Program-made: the position numbers and the translations under genes
Notes under the pieces: generated by a model
Told to the model about the DNA's origin: nothing
What the model saw: the letters and a program-made list of their open reading frames with translations, nothing else
The model's database searches: none
From: Candidatus Harrisonbacteria bacterium
Lineage (GTDB): Bacteria; Patescibacteriota; Minisyncoccia; UBA6257; 02-FULL-45-10c
Reading direction: 5' to 3'
Assembly (NCBI GenBank): GCA_016214655.1
Contig: JACROC010000007.1
Location: 14,785 to 78,784 of the forward strand
Length of the DNA stretch: 64,000 nt
Part shown: piece by piece, positions 45,814-55,859 of the stretch
Position numbering within the stretch: the stretch's first letter is position 1
Layout of the letters: each line of letters opens with the position of its first letter

Positions 45814-47553
45814 ATGATACGAGCACCAAAGAGAATATTTAAACCGGCAGTCCGACGGACCGCTGAAAGAAAAAAATCATCTGAAGAAAAAGAGGTGGTT
45901 TTAAGATTTGTCCCGCTAGGCGGATTGGAAGAGATCGGCCGCAACTGCGCCTTTTTTGAATACGGAGACGAAATAGTTATGATTGACGCCGGAATTCAAT
46001 TCCCGGAAGAAGAAACCCCTGGAATTGATTACATCATACCGAATGTTACCTACCTGGAACCAAAAAATAAAAATATCCGGGGAATCATTCTGACCCACGG
46101 CCATTATGACCACATCCATTCACTGCCATACATAATAGAAAAAATCGGGAATCCTCTTATTTATTGCGTAGAAATTACCAAAGCGCTGATTGAAAAACGC
46201 TTTTCTGAATTCCCAAATCTTCCAAAACCAAAATTTCAAATCGTAAAAGAGGGCGACCGGCTTGCCATCTCTGAACATTTTACCGCTGAATTCTTCTATG
46301 TGGACCACACCATTCCGGACGCAGTTGGTTTTGTGCTGGAAACTCCGGCTGGCAATATGGCGCATTTTGGCGATTTCCGGGTTGAATATGACAGAAAAAA
46401 TAATCCAATAAACACGGAAGTATTCGCCCGGCTGGCCGATAAAAAAATCCATACCGCCTTCTTAGACAGTACCAATGCGGATTTTGAGGGCCACTCCATC
46501 TCTGAAGAAGTAGTCGCCGACGAACTGGAAAAATTGATTGTCGCCGCCAAAGGAAGAATAATCCTCACTACTTTCGCCTCCCTACTCACTCGCGTCGCGG
46601 AAATAATCAAATTAGCTGAAAAACATGGAAGAAAAGTTGCGCCTAACGGAAGATCAATGAAAGATAATATCCAAATCGCCCAAAGACTAGGCCATATTAA
46701 AGCTAAGAAGGGGACTTTTATCGCCGTAGAAGAGATACATCAACATCCCGACAATAAGGTCATGATTCTTTCCACCGGCGGACAAGGAGAACCCAATGCC
46801 GGCTTAACCAAGATGGCCAATGGCGAACACCGCCATATCCATTTTAAAAAATCAGATACGGTTATCTTTTCTTCTTCAGTCGTTCCCGGCAACGAACGGA
46901 GTGTCCAACTTTTACAAGACAATATCGCGCGGCAGGTAGATGAAACTTATAATTCTAAATTGCTGGATATTCACTCCAGCGGCCACAGTCTCGCAGACGA
47001 CATCGAGCTGGTCTTAAAATTAGTAAAGCCGAAGTTTATGGTCCCGATCCACGCCTATTATTTCAAGTTAAAAGCGGCAACCAAGATTGCCCACAAACTG
47101 GGTATGCCTAAAGAAAATGCGGTTATATTGGATAATGGGCAAGTTGCAATCTTAACTAAGGACAATCTTATTCCTACCCAAGAAAAAGTTCCCACTAATT
47201 ACGTAATGGTTGACGGCCTTGGTATTGGTGACGTTGAAGAGGTGGTTCTCCGTGACCGCCGCTTGCTGGCGGAAGAAGGAATGGTCGTAGTTATATCTAC
47301 AATTGACCGCGAAACCGGCCGCTTACTAAAAACTCCGGACATCATTTCCCGCGGCTTTATTTACCTCAAAGAAAATAAAGAGTTATTAGACGACGTTCGT
47401 GGAAAGTTAAAATCTCTTTTAATCCGTATCCCCCGCCACACCCACCCGGAGCCGGATTATATCAAAACCTTAATCCGCGACCAAATCGGACAACTCTTGT
47501 ATAATAAGACTAGACGGAGACCAATGGTGCTTCCGGTACTTATAGAAATCTAA
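45814..47553 (+). CDS. rnj: ribonuclease J
   Basis: MBL motif ILTHGHYDH, beta-CASP and C-terminal domain; 579 aa. Confidence 0.85.
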   Translation: MIRAPKRIFKPAVRRTAERKKSSEEKEVVLRFVPLGGLEEIGRNCAFFEYGDEIVMIDAGIQFPEEETPGIDYIIPNVTYLEPKNKNIRGIILTHGHYDHIHSLPYIIEKIGNPLIYCVEITKALIEKRFSEFPNLPKPKFQIVKEGDRLAISEHFTAEFFYVDHTIPDAVGFVLETPAGNMAHFGDFRVEYDRKNNPINTEVFARLADKKIHTAFLDSTNADFEGHSISEEVVADELEKLIVAAKGRIILTTFASLLTRVAEIIKLAEKHGRKVAPNGRSMKDNIQIAQRLGHIKAKKGTFIAVEEIHQHPDNKVMILSTGGQGEPNAGLTKMANGEHRHIHFKKSDTVIFSSSVVPGNERSVQLLQDNIARQVDETYNSKLLDIHSSGHSLADDIELVLKLVKPKFMVPIHAYYFKLKAATKIAHKLGMPKENAVILDNGQVAILTKDNLIPTQEKVPTNYVMVDGLGIGDVEEVVLRDRRLLAEEGMVVVISTIDRETGRLLKTPDIISRGFIYLKENKELLDDVRGKLKSLLIRIPRHTHPEPDYIKTLIRDQIGQLLYNKTRRRPMVLPVLIEI

Positions 47554-48527
47554 TGTCAAAACCAATTCTAATTTCTGGCACGCAACCAGATGGCAGATTG
47601 CATTTAGGCAACTATCTCGGCGCCATCAAAAATTGGGTTGAGCTACAAAATTCAGAAAAATATGAATGTTATTTTATAATTGTTGATTATCACTCATTAA
47701 CGGTTGATTTTAATCCGACTGAAAAAAAAGAGGAGGTTCTGGGGGTTGTCAGGGCATATCTAGCGGCCGGGATTGATCCGAAAAAATCAAAAATCTTTGT
47801 CCAATCACGCATTCCTGAGTGTACGGAATTAGCCTGGATTTTAAACACTATTACGCCATTGGGGGAATTAGAAAGAATGACTCAATTTAAAGAAAAGTCC
47901 GAGAATAAAGAATCGGTTAACACGGGATTACTTACCTATCCCATTTTAATGGCGGCGGATATTCTCCTTTATGATGCACGATTCGTGCCTGTGGGCGAAG
48001 ACCAATTGCAACACTTAGAACTCACAAGAACGCTGGCAAGGAAATTCAATAATAAATTCGGAAAAACTTTCATTGAACCTCGGGCAATTCTATCCAAAGC
48101 CTCACGGGTTATGAGCTTAGATAATCCCAGCAAAAAGATGTCTAAATCGCATCCGGAAACTTGCCTATTTCTAGATGATCCCCCGAAAGATATAGAATTC
48201 AAGATCAAGCGCGCAGTCACTGATTCCGGTTCAGAAGTAAAATTTGATTTAGAAAAAAAGCCGGGCGTTTCCAATTTACTTCTTATTTATGAAGCATTGT
48301 CTGGAATAACAATTCCAAAACTAGAAAAGAAATACGCTGGCAAGGGATATGGCCAGTTTAAATCTAATCTTGCCGAAGTTGCCATCAAAACCTTGGCGAC
48401 CTTCCGCGAATCAAAATTCAGCGACAAAAAATTAAAATCTATTCTCACAAATGGAGCGGAAAAAGCTAAAAAAATTGCCTCAAGCAAAATGCAAGTAATC
48501 AAAAATAGATTAGGCTTACGTGTCTAA
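47553..48527 (+). CDS. trpS: tryptophan--tRNA ligase
   Basis: class I motifs GNYLG (HIGH-like) and KMSKS; 324 aa. Confidence 0.85.
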   Translation: MSKPILISGTQPDGRLHLGNYLGAIKNWVELQNSEKYECYFIIVDYHSLTVDFNPTEKKEEVLGVVRAYLAAGIDPKKSKIFVQSRIPECTELAWILNTITPLGELERMTQFKEKSENKESVNTGLLTYPILMAADILLYDARFVPVGEDQLQHLELTRTLARKFNNKFGKTFIEPRAILSKASRVMSLDNPSKKMSKSHPETCLFLDDPPKDIEFKIKRAVTDSGSEVKFDLEKKPGVSNLLLIYEALSGITIPKLEKKYAGKGYGQFKSNLAEVAIKTLATFRESKFSDKKLKSILTNGAEKAKKIASSKMQVIKNRLGLRV

Positions 48528-48672
48528 AAGATCTTTTAATACCAATAAACTAGAATCCACTGCAACTAAAAAGCCGGGCATAAACCAGAAACTCGCCCGG
48601 AGACCAAAGAATCATCTCGGCCATTATTAGAGAATTGGTCAACGTTGACAGGGGCAGAAAAAATGAACGACT

Positions 48673-48705
48673 AAAAATATCCTGCCAGGCAGGATATTTT
48701 TAGTC
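48673..48705. terminator. bidirectional palindromic terminator
   Basis: aaaaatatcctgccaggcaggatattttt. Confidence 0.5.
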
Positions 48706-48951
48706 TTCTTCATAGAATTCCATTTTCCCTCCATCCACCCGCTCAATAGCTTTTCCTTCTTTCTCATACCACTTCTTTCGCTCAGCCTCACTTTTAAATT
48801 CATCGATTTTAAATTTGGTGCCAGGAGCCTCTCCTTTTGGTGGATGATAACGAATCGCATAAACTTTTAGCTTAGGCAATTTTTCCTCCAGGCCCTGTTC
48901 CCGAGAAAGTCTGTCAAATTTTTCTGATCTTTTAAATGATTTATCGATCAT
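48700..48951 (-). CDS. hypothetical protein
   Basis: 83 aa charged. Confidence 0.4.
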   Translation of the reverse strand: MIDKSFKRSEKFDRLSREQGLEEKLPKLKVYAIRYHPPKGEAPGTKFKIDEFKSEAERKKWYEKEGKAIERVDGGKMEFYEED

Positions 48952-48960
48952 ATATAAAGT

Positions 48961-51900
48961 TTACAACTTTCTTACGCCGATCCAAATCGGCTGATCTTCT
49001 AATTTTGTATTAAGTTCGGCATCAAATTTGGCAGATCTTTTAAATTCAACTGATCCAGCACCGACGTCTTTTCCTAAAAATTTACTATGGCGCCCCCAAA
49101 TAAACATAAGTTCTCTGGGTGCCTCAATCATTAAATGAATTTTATCCTTAGGCACATAATTGGCATCATGCCGCAATCCCTGCACCGCCCGGACTAATTC
49201 CCTGATTAGCCCCTCCTCTTTTAATTCCGGCGTTATTTTAAGATCTAAATCTATGTCACCGGCCAATTCCTGATTCCATTTCACTTCTTTTACATTCACT
49301 TCATCTTTCAAAATCTCCAATAACTCTGCATCTCGTACGTCCAACTTTTTACTTTTAACTTCCAGCGCTTGAAGCGGTTGACGCACCTTAACTCCTTTTT
49401 CTGCACGCAAAGCCAATGCCAAACTCGATAAACGCCGGATCTCTTCCATTTTTTCCAAAAGCGAATGATCAATAATTTTTTTATCCGCCTCCGGCCAGTT
49501 TTGCAAATGCACTGAATTATGAATCATGAATTTCGAATCGTGGGATTTTTTATTTCCTTTATTCGTAATTCCTAATTCATTATTCAGCGATAGAAAAAGT
49601 GCATCAGCGAAAAATGGCGTAAAAGGCGCAATCAATTTGCTCAACTCCACCAAACAAAGATTAAGAACAGCCGATGCTCCTTTAAAATCGTTTTGATCCT
49701 CCGGTCTTTGTAACCGAGTACGCGAACGCCGGATATACCATCGGGATAAATCATCGACAAATACCTCCAGCGTCTTCCCAGCGGCACCAACGTCATATTT
49801 TTCTAAACCGTCCGTAACTTGCTGAATAGTTTGATTTAACCTTGCTAAAACCCATTTATCCAAAATGCTTTTAGGGTTTAGGGTGGAGGGTTTAGGGTTT
49901 AGTTTTTTTTCTGCATACGTATCAAAAAATACAAATGAATTATAAATGATCATTATGAATTTCCGCAGCATCTTTCCAAGATCCGCCTCGTCAAACTTTT
50001 TTGGTTCACTCGGAGGATTCACTGTATAGAAATACCAGCGAACAGTATCGGCGCCATATTTATTCATCATATCCCAAGGGCTTACCACATTCCCCTTTGA
50101 TTTAGACATTTTCTGGCCATTTTTATCCAGAACCAAGCCAAGCGTAATTACATTTTTATACGGATTTTCTAAGCCAAGCGCAGTCGCAACCGCCAACAAC
50201 GTATAAAACCATCCGCGCGTCTGATCAATTCCTTCACTGATATAATCAGCCGGGAAGTCAGTACATTCTTTTAGGGTCGTAGGTCGTAGGTCGTAGGTCA
50301 TAGGTTCCTTCGTGCAAGCGAATGGATAATGATCCTGAGCAAAGGGCATTGCGCCGGAATCAAACCAGACATCTGCCACCTCCTTAACCCTTTCCATTCT
50401 ATTTTCGCATTTTTTACAGCGGAGAAAAACGCTGTCTATATAAGGACGGTGTAAATCTAATTCCGCATTAGAGTTGTACGGCCAATTATGAAATTCTGCT
50501 TTGCGGACTTCTCCGTTATTTTTCGGATAATCAGACTTCAAAATTTCCTCATTAGACAATCCGCCTAAAGCGCCGGCTAAAACCCAGAGCGGATCTCCAT
50601 GACTGACGATCAAAATATTTTTATCTTTACACTTGAAATTAATATCCCCTACTGCCGCAAACATCCTTTTTTTTGCATCGGAAAGATTTTCGCCTCCTGG
50701 AGGAGTTTTAGTAAATTCTTTTATGGAATCTCCAAAAAATTCTTTATGTTCTTTAATTTTTCTCCAATTAAAAATGCCGCAGTTTAATTCACCTAGCCGC
50801 TCATCGGTAATGATTTCTGCCTTAGTACCTTTAGCCACGATTTTCGCAGTCTGCTTGGTCCGTCTATATGGAGAGGTCACAATTAAATCTAATTTTTCCT
50901 TGCCAAGCATTTTTTTAATATTATGGGCGGCAGTTTCCGCGTCCTTCTTTCCTTTTTCGGTAAGTTTAGAAATTTGCTTTCCTTTCTCTGGTCCGGAAGC
51001 AATTAAATCATTCAAATTATGTTCAGCCTCACCGTGACGCAACAAGAAAAAATTATTCCGTGCATAAGCTAGATTATCCAGATCTCGAAGGCTGCCTATA
51101 ACTTCCAGATGATCGCACTTTACGCATTTCCAGATCGGCAGCGGAGTTCCCCAATAACGATCGCGGGAAATTGCCCAGTCTTTGATTTCCCGTAGCCATT
51201 CTCCAAATCTTCCCTCTTTAATATGTTCCGGAACCCAATTAATCTTTCCGTTATTTTTCAAAAGCTGATCTCGCAGACCGCTCATTTCTATAAACCAAGA
51301 AAAACGGGCATAATATAAAATCGTAGTTCCGCAACGCCAGCAAAACGGATAATCGTGCTCAATAACTCCGCTTTTATATAAATTTTTCCGCTTTTCTAAA
51401 TCTTTCAAAATATCCTCGTCTGCTTTTTTCGCAAATTTTCCTTGCCCAGGCAAACCTTTCCGTACAATGCCTTTTTCATCAATAGTAATAGGTATCTGCC
51501 CGACTAACTCTTTTTGAAAACTTTTGACTAAATTCATGTCGTCTTCACCGAACGCCGGAGCAATATGAACCATCCCGGTTCCCTCTTCAGTGGACACGAA
51601 ATCGGCACCATAAACTTTAAAAAATTTATTATTCTTCAGCCACGGACCACTAACTTTGAATAAAGGTTTATAATTTAAACCGACAAGCTTTTTCCCGGAA
51701 ACCTTTTCAACGACCTCGACTTCCGCGCCGCCATCTCCCGGAGGTGCGCTAAATGACCAGATGAAGTCCTTACCTACTTTGTATTTGGTATAACTTAATT
51801 CCGGATTTACTGCGATCGCCACATTTGAAGGCAAAGTCCACGGAGTAGTAGTCCAAACCAATAAATGTTCTTTAGCTTTTATTCTTGAGCTTTTAACTTT

Positions 51901-52539
51901 GAGCTCAAACTTTACATAGATTGAGGGATCCTTAACTTTCTTATATACTCCCGGCTGGCCCATTTCATGGCTGGAAAGCGGCGTCTGGCAGCGCGGGCAA
52001 TAAGGAACGATTTTAAATGATTGCCTTAGGAGACTGCGGTTAGCAATTTGTTTAAATACCCACCACAAACTTTCTATATAATCATTTTTATAAGTGACAT
52101 AAGGATTTTTTAAATCCAGCCAAAACCCAATGCGATCAGTAAATTTTTCCCATTCATCCTGATATTTCCACACTGAAGCTTTTGCTTTTTCATTAAATTC
52201 TGCAATGCCAAACTTTTCTATGTCTTGCTTATTCTTTAAGCCAAGTTCTTTTTCCACCTCAATTTCAACCGGCAAGCCATGAGTATCCCAGCCAGCTTTC
52301 CGGCGAACGAAATATCCCTGCATAGTTTTGAAACGTGGAATCACATCCTTATAGGCACGGCCCTCTACATGACCCATATGCGGCCGGCCATTTGCAGTCG
52401 GCGGTCCCTCAAAAAAGCGGTATTTTTTCGCACCCTCACGCAACTTTTGCGCCTTCTCGAAAATCCGGTTTTCTTTCCAAAACTTAAGCACTTTTTCCTC
52501 TATCTCCGGCAAGTTAAGTTGTTTTAATCCCCGCAACAT
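48961..52539 (-). CDS. ileS: isoleucine--tRNA ligase with inserted histidine-phosphatase (PGAM-like) domain
   Basis: HMGH and KMSKS class I motifs and editing domain; about 230-aa insert LLRHGEAEHN..SPYRRTKQTA..SHGDPLWVL (RHG, R, H catalytic residues of branch-1 histidine phosphatases) before KMSKS; extra low-complexity segments. Confidence 0.85.
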   Translation of the reverse strand: MLRGLKQLNLPEIEEKVLKFWKENRIFEKAQKLREGAKKYRFFEGPPTANGRPHMGHVEGRAYKDVIPRFKTMQGYFVRRKAGWDTHGLPVEIEVEKELGLKNKQDIEKFGIAEFNEKAKASVWKYQDEWEKFTDRIGFWLDLKNPYVTYKNDYIESLWWVFKQIANRSLLRQSFKIVPYCPRCQTPLSSHEMGQPGVYKKVKDPSIYVKFELKVKSSRIKAKEHLLVWTTTPWTLPSNVAIAVNPELSYTKYKVGKDFIWSFSAPPGDGGAEVEVVEKVSGKKLVGLNYKPLFKVSGPWLKNNKFFKVYGADFVSTEEGTGMVHIAPAFGEDDMNLVKSFQKELVGQIPITIDEKGIVRKGLPGQGKFAKKADEDILKDLEKRKNLYKSGVIEHDYPFCWRCGTTILYYARFSWFIEMSGLRDQLLKNNGKINWVPEHIKEGRFGEWLREIKDWAISRDRYWGTPLPIWKCVKCDHLEVIGSLRDLDNLAYARNNFFLLRHGEAEHNLNDLIASGPEKGKQISKLTEKGKKDAETAAHNIKKMLGKEKLDLIVTSPYRRTKQTAKIVAKGTKAEIITDERLGELNCGIFNWRKIKEHKEFFGDSIKEFTKTPPGGENLSDAKKRMFAAVGDINFKCKDKNILIVSHGDPLWVLAGALGGLSNEEILKSDYPKNNGEVRKAEFHNWPYNSNAELDLHRPYIDSVFLRCKKCENRMERVKEVADVWFDSGAMPFAQDHYPFACTKEPMTYDLRPTTLKECTDFPADYISEGIDQTRGWFYTLLAVATALGLENPYKNVITLGLVLDKNGQKMSKSKGNVVSPWDMMNKYGADTVRWYFYTVNPPSEPKKFDEADLGKMLRKFIMIIYNSFVFFDTYAEKKLNPKPSTLNPKSILDKWVLARLNQTIQQVTDGLEKYDVGAAGKTLEVFVDDLSRWYIRRSRTRLQRPEDQNDFKGASAVLNLCLVELSKLIAPFTPFFADALFLSLNNELGITNKGNKKSHDSKFMIHNSVHLQNWPEADKKIIDHSLLEKMEEIRRLSSLALALRAEKGVKVRQPLQALEVKSKKLDVRDAELLEILKDEVNVKEVKWNQELAGDIDLDLKITPELKEEGLIRELVRAVQGLRHDANYVPKDKIHLMIEAPRELMFIWGRHSKFLGKDVGAGSVEFKRSAKFDAELNTKLEDQPIWIGVRKL

Positions 52540-52587
52540 ATCCTTATATATTAAGAGAGTTTGGAGCTATTTTCAAATAAAAACTCC

Positions 52588-52893
52588 TCATTCAGAGGAG
52601 CGTTTATGATTTTTTTCCAAATGGCGGCCATAATCTGTATGCTTATGAATTGATTGAAGATATCTATAATATCTTTCAGATTCCTTTAATAAAGAAATAT
52701 AATGTCTTAGTCTTCCAACTTCTTCACGAAGAGCGTTGAGTCCCCTTGGTCTCGGCTTCTTTAAAATTTTTTTTAAGCCTATCTCTGTTAACCAATGGGC
52801 TAAGGCAATCTTCAATCTTGAAAACCTCACCTTATTTTTTAAGTAATAATCTCTACACTGCGCGTCATTAGGAATTCGGATCATGGTTACCAA
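52588..52893 (-). CDS. hypothetical basic protein
   Basis: 101 aa. Confidence 0.4.
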   Translation of the reverse strand: MVTMIRIPNDAQCRDYYLKNKVRFSRLKIALAHWLTEIGLKKILKKPRPRGLNALREEVGRLRHYISLLKESERYYRYLQSIHKHTDYGRHLEKNHKRSSE

Positions 52894-52973
52894 AATTTAT
52901 TCATCAAATAACTAAAAAGAATATATCATTTCAAAATTAATTAAGCAATCTTAAAAATCAAACAAAAATCGCT

Positions 52974-53393
52974 CTAACTGAGCGATTTAGTCTTAACTAA
53001 AAAAACTTGTATTTTATTATTTTCGAACGAACCAAACATTTTCCGATAAAAGAAAGTCCCGGCCACATCCGCCGCAATATCGCCCCAAGAAATAAATATG
53101 GGTCTGGCAAAAGAAACGCACAGCCCAACCCAGGGACTTAATAAAAATTCTTCTGCTGCCTCCCAGCTAAGCCCTACAAGAAAAGATATCAAGAGAAATG
53201 CCAGCCAGCTCCTGATATTTAAAAAATGAGCGGCTAAAGCTCCAATAAAATAACCGCCGGCAAGATGGAATAGTTTATCAACGCTCCATCTGTCCACGAC
53301 GACTGCCAATTGCGAATTGTGAACTACTAAATATGCAAGATACAAGGATAGAAAACCGATACTGATGGTCTTTAAATCCTTCAAAGCAGCCAA
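52974..53393 (-). CDS. VanZ-like membrane protein
   Basis: 139 aa, 4 TM helices. Confidence 0.4.
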   Translation of the reverse strand: MAALKDLKTISIGFLSLYLAYLVVHNSQLAVVVDRWSVDKLFHLAGGYFIGALAAHFLNIRSWLAFLLISFLVGLSWEAAEEFLLSPWVGLCVSFARPIFISWGDIAADVAGTFFYRKMFGSFENNKIQVFLVKTKSLS

Positions 53394-53725
53394 ATCTCCT
53401 CCCGCGTTGCTTTGATATTTCTCAGTAAATGCCGGAAGCCGAATTCCGAATTTAAAAAATCCATCCTTAGCGATTGAAGCGGGTCATGCTGGCATTCATT
53501 GCAAGTACAAGGACTATTCAACCAAACCGCTGCCGACTCCTGATCCCTAAAATCTGCCAACAATTCAGCTACTATCTTACAAAAACGTGCATCCCTCTCC
53601 TGTTCCCAAATCCCAGCCTTCATTCCCGCAAAATCCGACTTAAACTTGACGAGCATCTCCACGATCATACTCTGTCGTTCCTGAAGGCTTCCGGGCATCT
53701 GTTTAGAATTTTCAATAAAGCTCAA
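53381..53725 (-). CDS. hypothetical protein
   Basis: 114 aa. Confidence 0.4.
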   Translation of the reverse strand: MSFIENSKQMPGSLQERQSMIVEMLVKFKSDFAGMKAGIWEQERDARFCKIVAELLADFRDQESAAVWLNSPCTCNECQHDPLQSLRMDFLNSEFGFRHLLRNIKATREEIWLL

Positions 53726-53757
53726 TATAGAATAACGCGGGTAAAAAAATTTTGCAA

Positions 53758-55434
53758 TTACATTTTCTTCGGCTTGCCCATACCCAAAATCTCTAAGCCG
53801 CTTCCCAGTACCACCCCAAAAGCTTCTGTTAAAGCTACTTTATACGGGGAATATTTATCATCTGGATTAACAATTTTAACTTTTGCGTAGTAAGAATTAA
53901 AAACTCTGGCTAATTCGGTCAAATAGAAAACCATATAATTAGGCGCGTATTCTTTACCAGCCCTCTCTAAAATCTCTGGGAAGCGGCATAGCATCCGCTC
54001 AACTTCGCTAACCTCGGCAGGTAAAAGCTTAAGCGATGGCCGCACGCCCTCTTCTTTTGCTTTGGTTAAAACTGAATTAGCGCGGGTATAGGCATATTGA
54101 AGATAAGGACCAGAATCACCTTCAAAAGAAATTGATTTTTCAAAATCAAAAATAATGTCCCCTCCAACGGCCTGCTTTAAAATAGAATATTTTATGGCCG
54201 CGATTGACACCGCCTCTTCAATTTCCTTCTTCTCTTCATTACTCAATTCCCGGTCTTTGATTTTTTTCCGCACCAACCATTGAACATCTTCAATTAATGA
54301 TTCGGCAGTAATAACATCGCCAGTCCTGGAAGACATTTTACCGCTCGGCGACCGCAGCATACCATGAGAAAGATGCGTAGTCCTTTCCGCAAGCTTGGGA
54401 AACATAATTTCCATAACCTTTAAAAGAACTTTAAAATAGTCATTTACCTCGTTACCCGTAATAACAATGGATTTATCATAAGAATATTTTTTATATTTTA
54501 ACTCAGCCAACCCTAACTCTTTGGCCTCATAAGTCGGAAGGCCTTCAGAATTTATAAAAACCCGGGTATGTAATCCGTACTTTTCTCCTTTAAAAACTGT
54601 AGCGCCCTGGCTTTTTTCAAAAACTCCCCTCTTTAATCCTTTTTCAACTATTTTTTTACCAAATTTTCCGGTTTCGCTTTCAAAAAAATAATAATTGAAT
54701 TTTGTGCCAAGCCTTCTATAGATATTTTCAAAATGATCTAGAGATAAAGCCTTGCCGCTATCATAGATTTTGTTAATATTCTTATCGTTTCGATCATATA
54801 TTTTTTTATTAATTTCGTTTATTTCCTTTTTAACTCGTTCGTCGGATTCATAAACCCGCGACCCGGCCGCATATGCTTTGGCTAAATCTGCCATTGAATC
54901 AATTTTCTTAAATCCTAAATGATCAATTCCCCAAACCGCTTTTGCCACATGCATACCAACATCCCCCTGATAACAAGCCCTTTTAACTTTAGCCCCGTTC
55001 CATTCAATAATCCGCGATAATGCCTCGCCGATAGAATTACTCATTAAATGCCCGATATGGAACTCTTTAAAAGGATTTGGGTCGGTGTATTCAATAATCG
55101 TCTTCTGTCCTTTTAGATTATTATTTCTTCCATATTTATTTTTATTTTTTAAAATTACGGCTAATTCTTTTTGGAATAATTTCGGCTTCAGCCAAAAATT
55201 CACAAAACCCGGCGCCACCGCTTCCACTTTCACAAATTTACTTGACGCTTGACGCTTGACGCTTGACGCTATTTCTTTAGCAATCTCAAAAGGCGGCTTT
55301 TTTAACAACGGCGCAAGTTTAAAAGCCACATTCGTGGAATAATGTCCGAATTCCTCTTTTTCTGAAGCGCTTATATCAAATTCCGTATCTGCTCCTATAA
55401 CCTTTTTAATCTGTATCTCTAAATTTTCTACCAT
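53758..55434 (-). CDS. argS: arginine--tRNA ligase
   Basis: class I HIGH region HIGHLMS and C-terminal anticodon-binding domain; insert SSVKRQASSK encoded by CTTGACG x4. Confidence 0.85.
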   Translation of the reverse strand: MVENLEIQIKKVIGADTEFDISASEKEEFGHYSTNVAFKLAPLLKKPPFEIAKEIASSVKRQASSKFVKVEAVAPGFVNFWLKPKLFQKELAVILKNKNKYGRNNNLKGQKTIIEYTDPNPFKEFHIGHLMSNSIGEALSRIIEWNGAKVKRACYQGDVGMHVAKAVWGIDHLGFKKIDSMADLAKAYAAGSRVYESDERVKKEINEINKKIYDRNDKNINKIYDSGKALSLDHFENIYRRLGTKFNYYFFESETGKFGKKIVEKGLKRGVFEKSQGATVFKGEKYGLHTRVFINSEGLPTYEAKELGLAELKYKKYSYDKSIVITGNEVNDYFKVLLKVMEIMFPKLAERTTHLSHGMLRSPSGKMSSRTGDVITAESLIEDVQWLVRKKIKDRELSNEEKKEIEEAVSIAAIKYSILKQAVGGDIIFDFEKSISFEGDSGPYLQYAYTRANSVLTKAKEEGVRPSLKLLPAEVSEVERMLCRFPEILERAGKEYAPNYMVFYLTELARVFNSYYAKVKIVNPDDKYSPYKVALTEAFGVVLGSGLEILGMGKPKKM

Positions 55435-55518
55435 GCTTATTTTAATGATATCCTAATTGACAACGAATATTAAGCCTTCTAGTATTGTTATCAGTTATTT
55501 CTCAATATAAAATACCTC

Positions 55519-55806
55519 GTGAAAACAGCCCTCCGCCTTACCTCTATCCTTGCTTTAACTATTTTATTTGGCTGCGCCAACACCGACGTAATCATCGAAA
55601 AAACTAGAGAAATTATTACAACCGGTACAGTAATGAATAAAATTGAATTGGAAAACCATTGCCAAGTTGCCATACACACTAAACGATATGGAACACCATG
55701 GATACTCCTTAATCCCGCAGAATGCCGCCAATACTGGAAAGGAGACGGAGTTAGAATTAAAATCCAAGATGGAAATATTGAAATATTAGGCTACGCTGAA
55801 GAATAA
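55519..55806 (+). CDS. small lipoprotein
   Basis: signal peptide with lipobox LFGC. Confidence 0.45.
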   Translation: MKTALRLTSILALTILFGCANTDVIIEKTREIITTGTVMNKIELENHCQVAIHTKRYGTPWILLNPAECRQYWKGDGVRIKIQDGNIEILGYAEE

Positions 55807-55859
55807 ATCTGCTGATAAGCAGATTTTTTTATTACAATAAAAAAAGAGGCGCAAGCCTC

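Noticed and set aside
42661-49900. TTAGGG-like repeats as telomere or linear-replicon ends
   Set aside because: They are short (3-4 units), internal to long intact reading frames of ileS and the uvrC-like gene, and translated in frame.
49861-55270. Short tandem repeats as a CRISPR array
   Set aside because: The units are 6-7 nt with no spacers and lie inside coding sequences. No 25-40 nt regularly spaced direct repeats and no cas genes were seen anywhere in the window.
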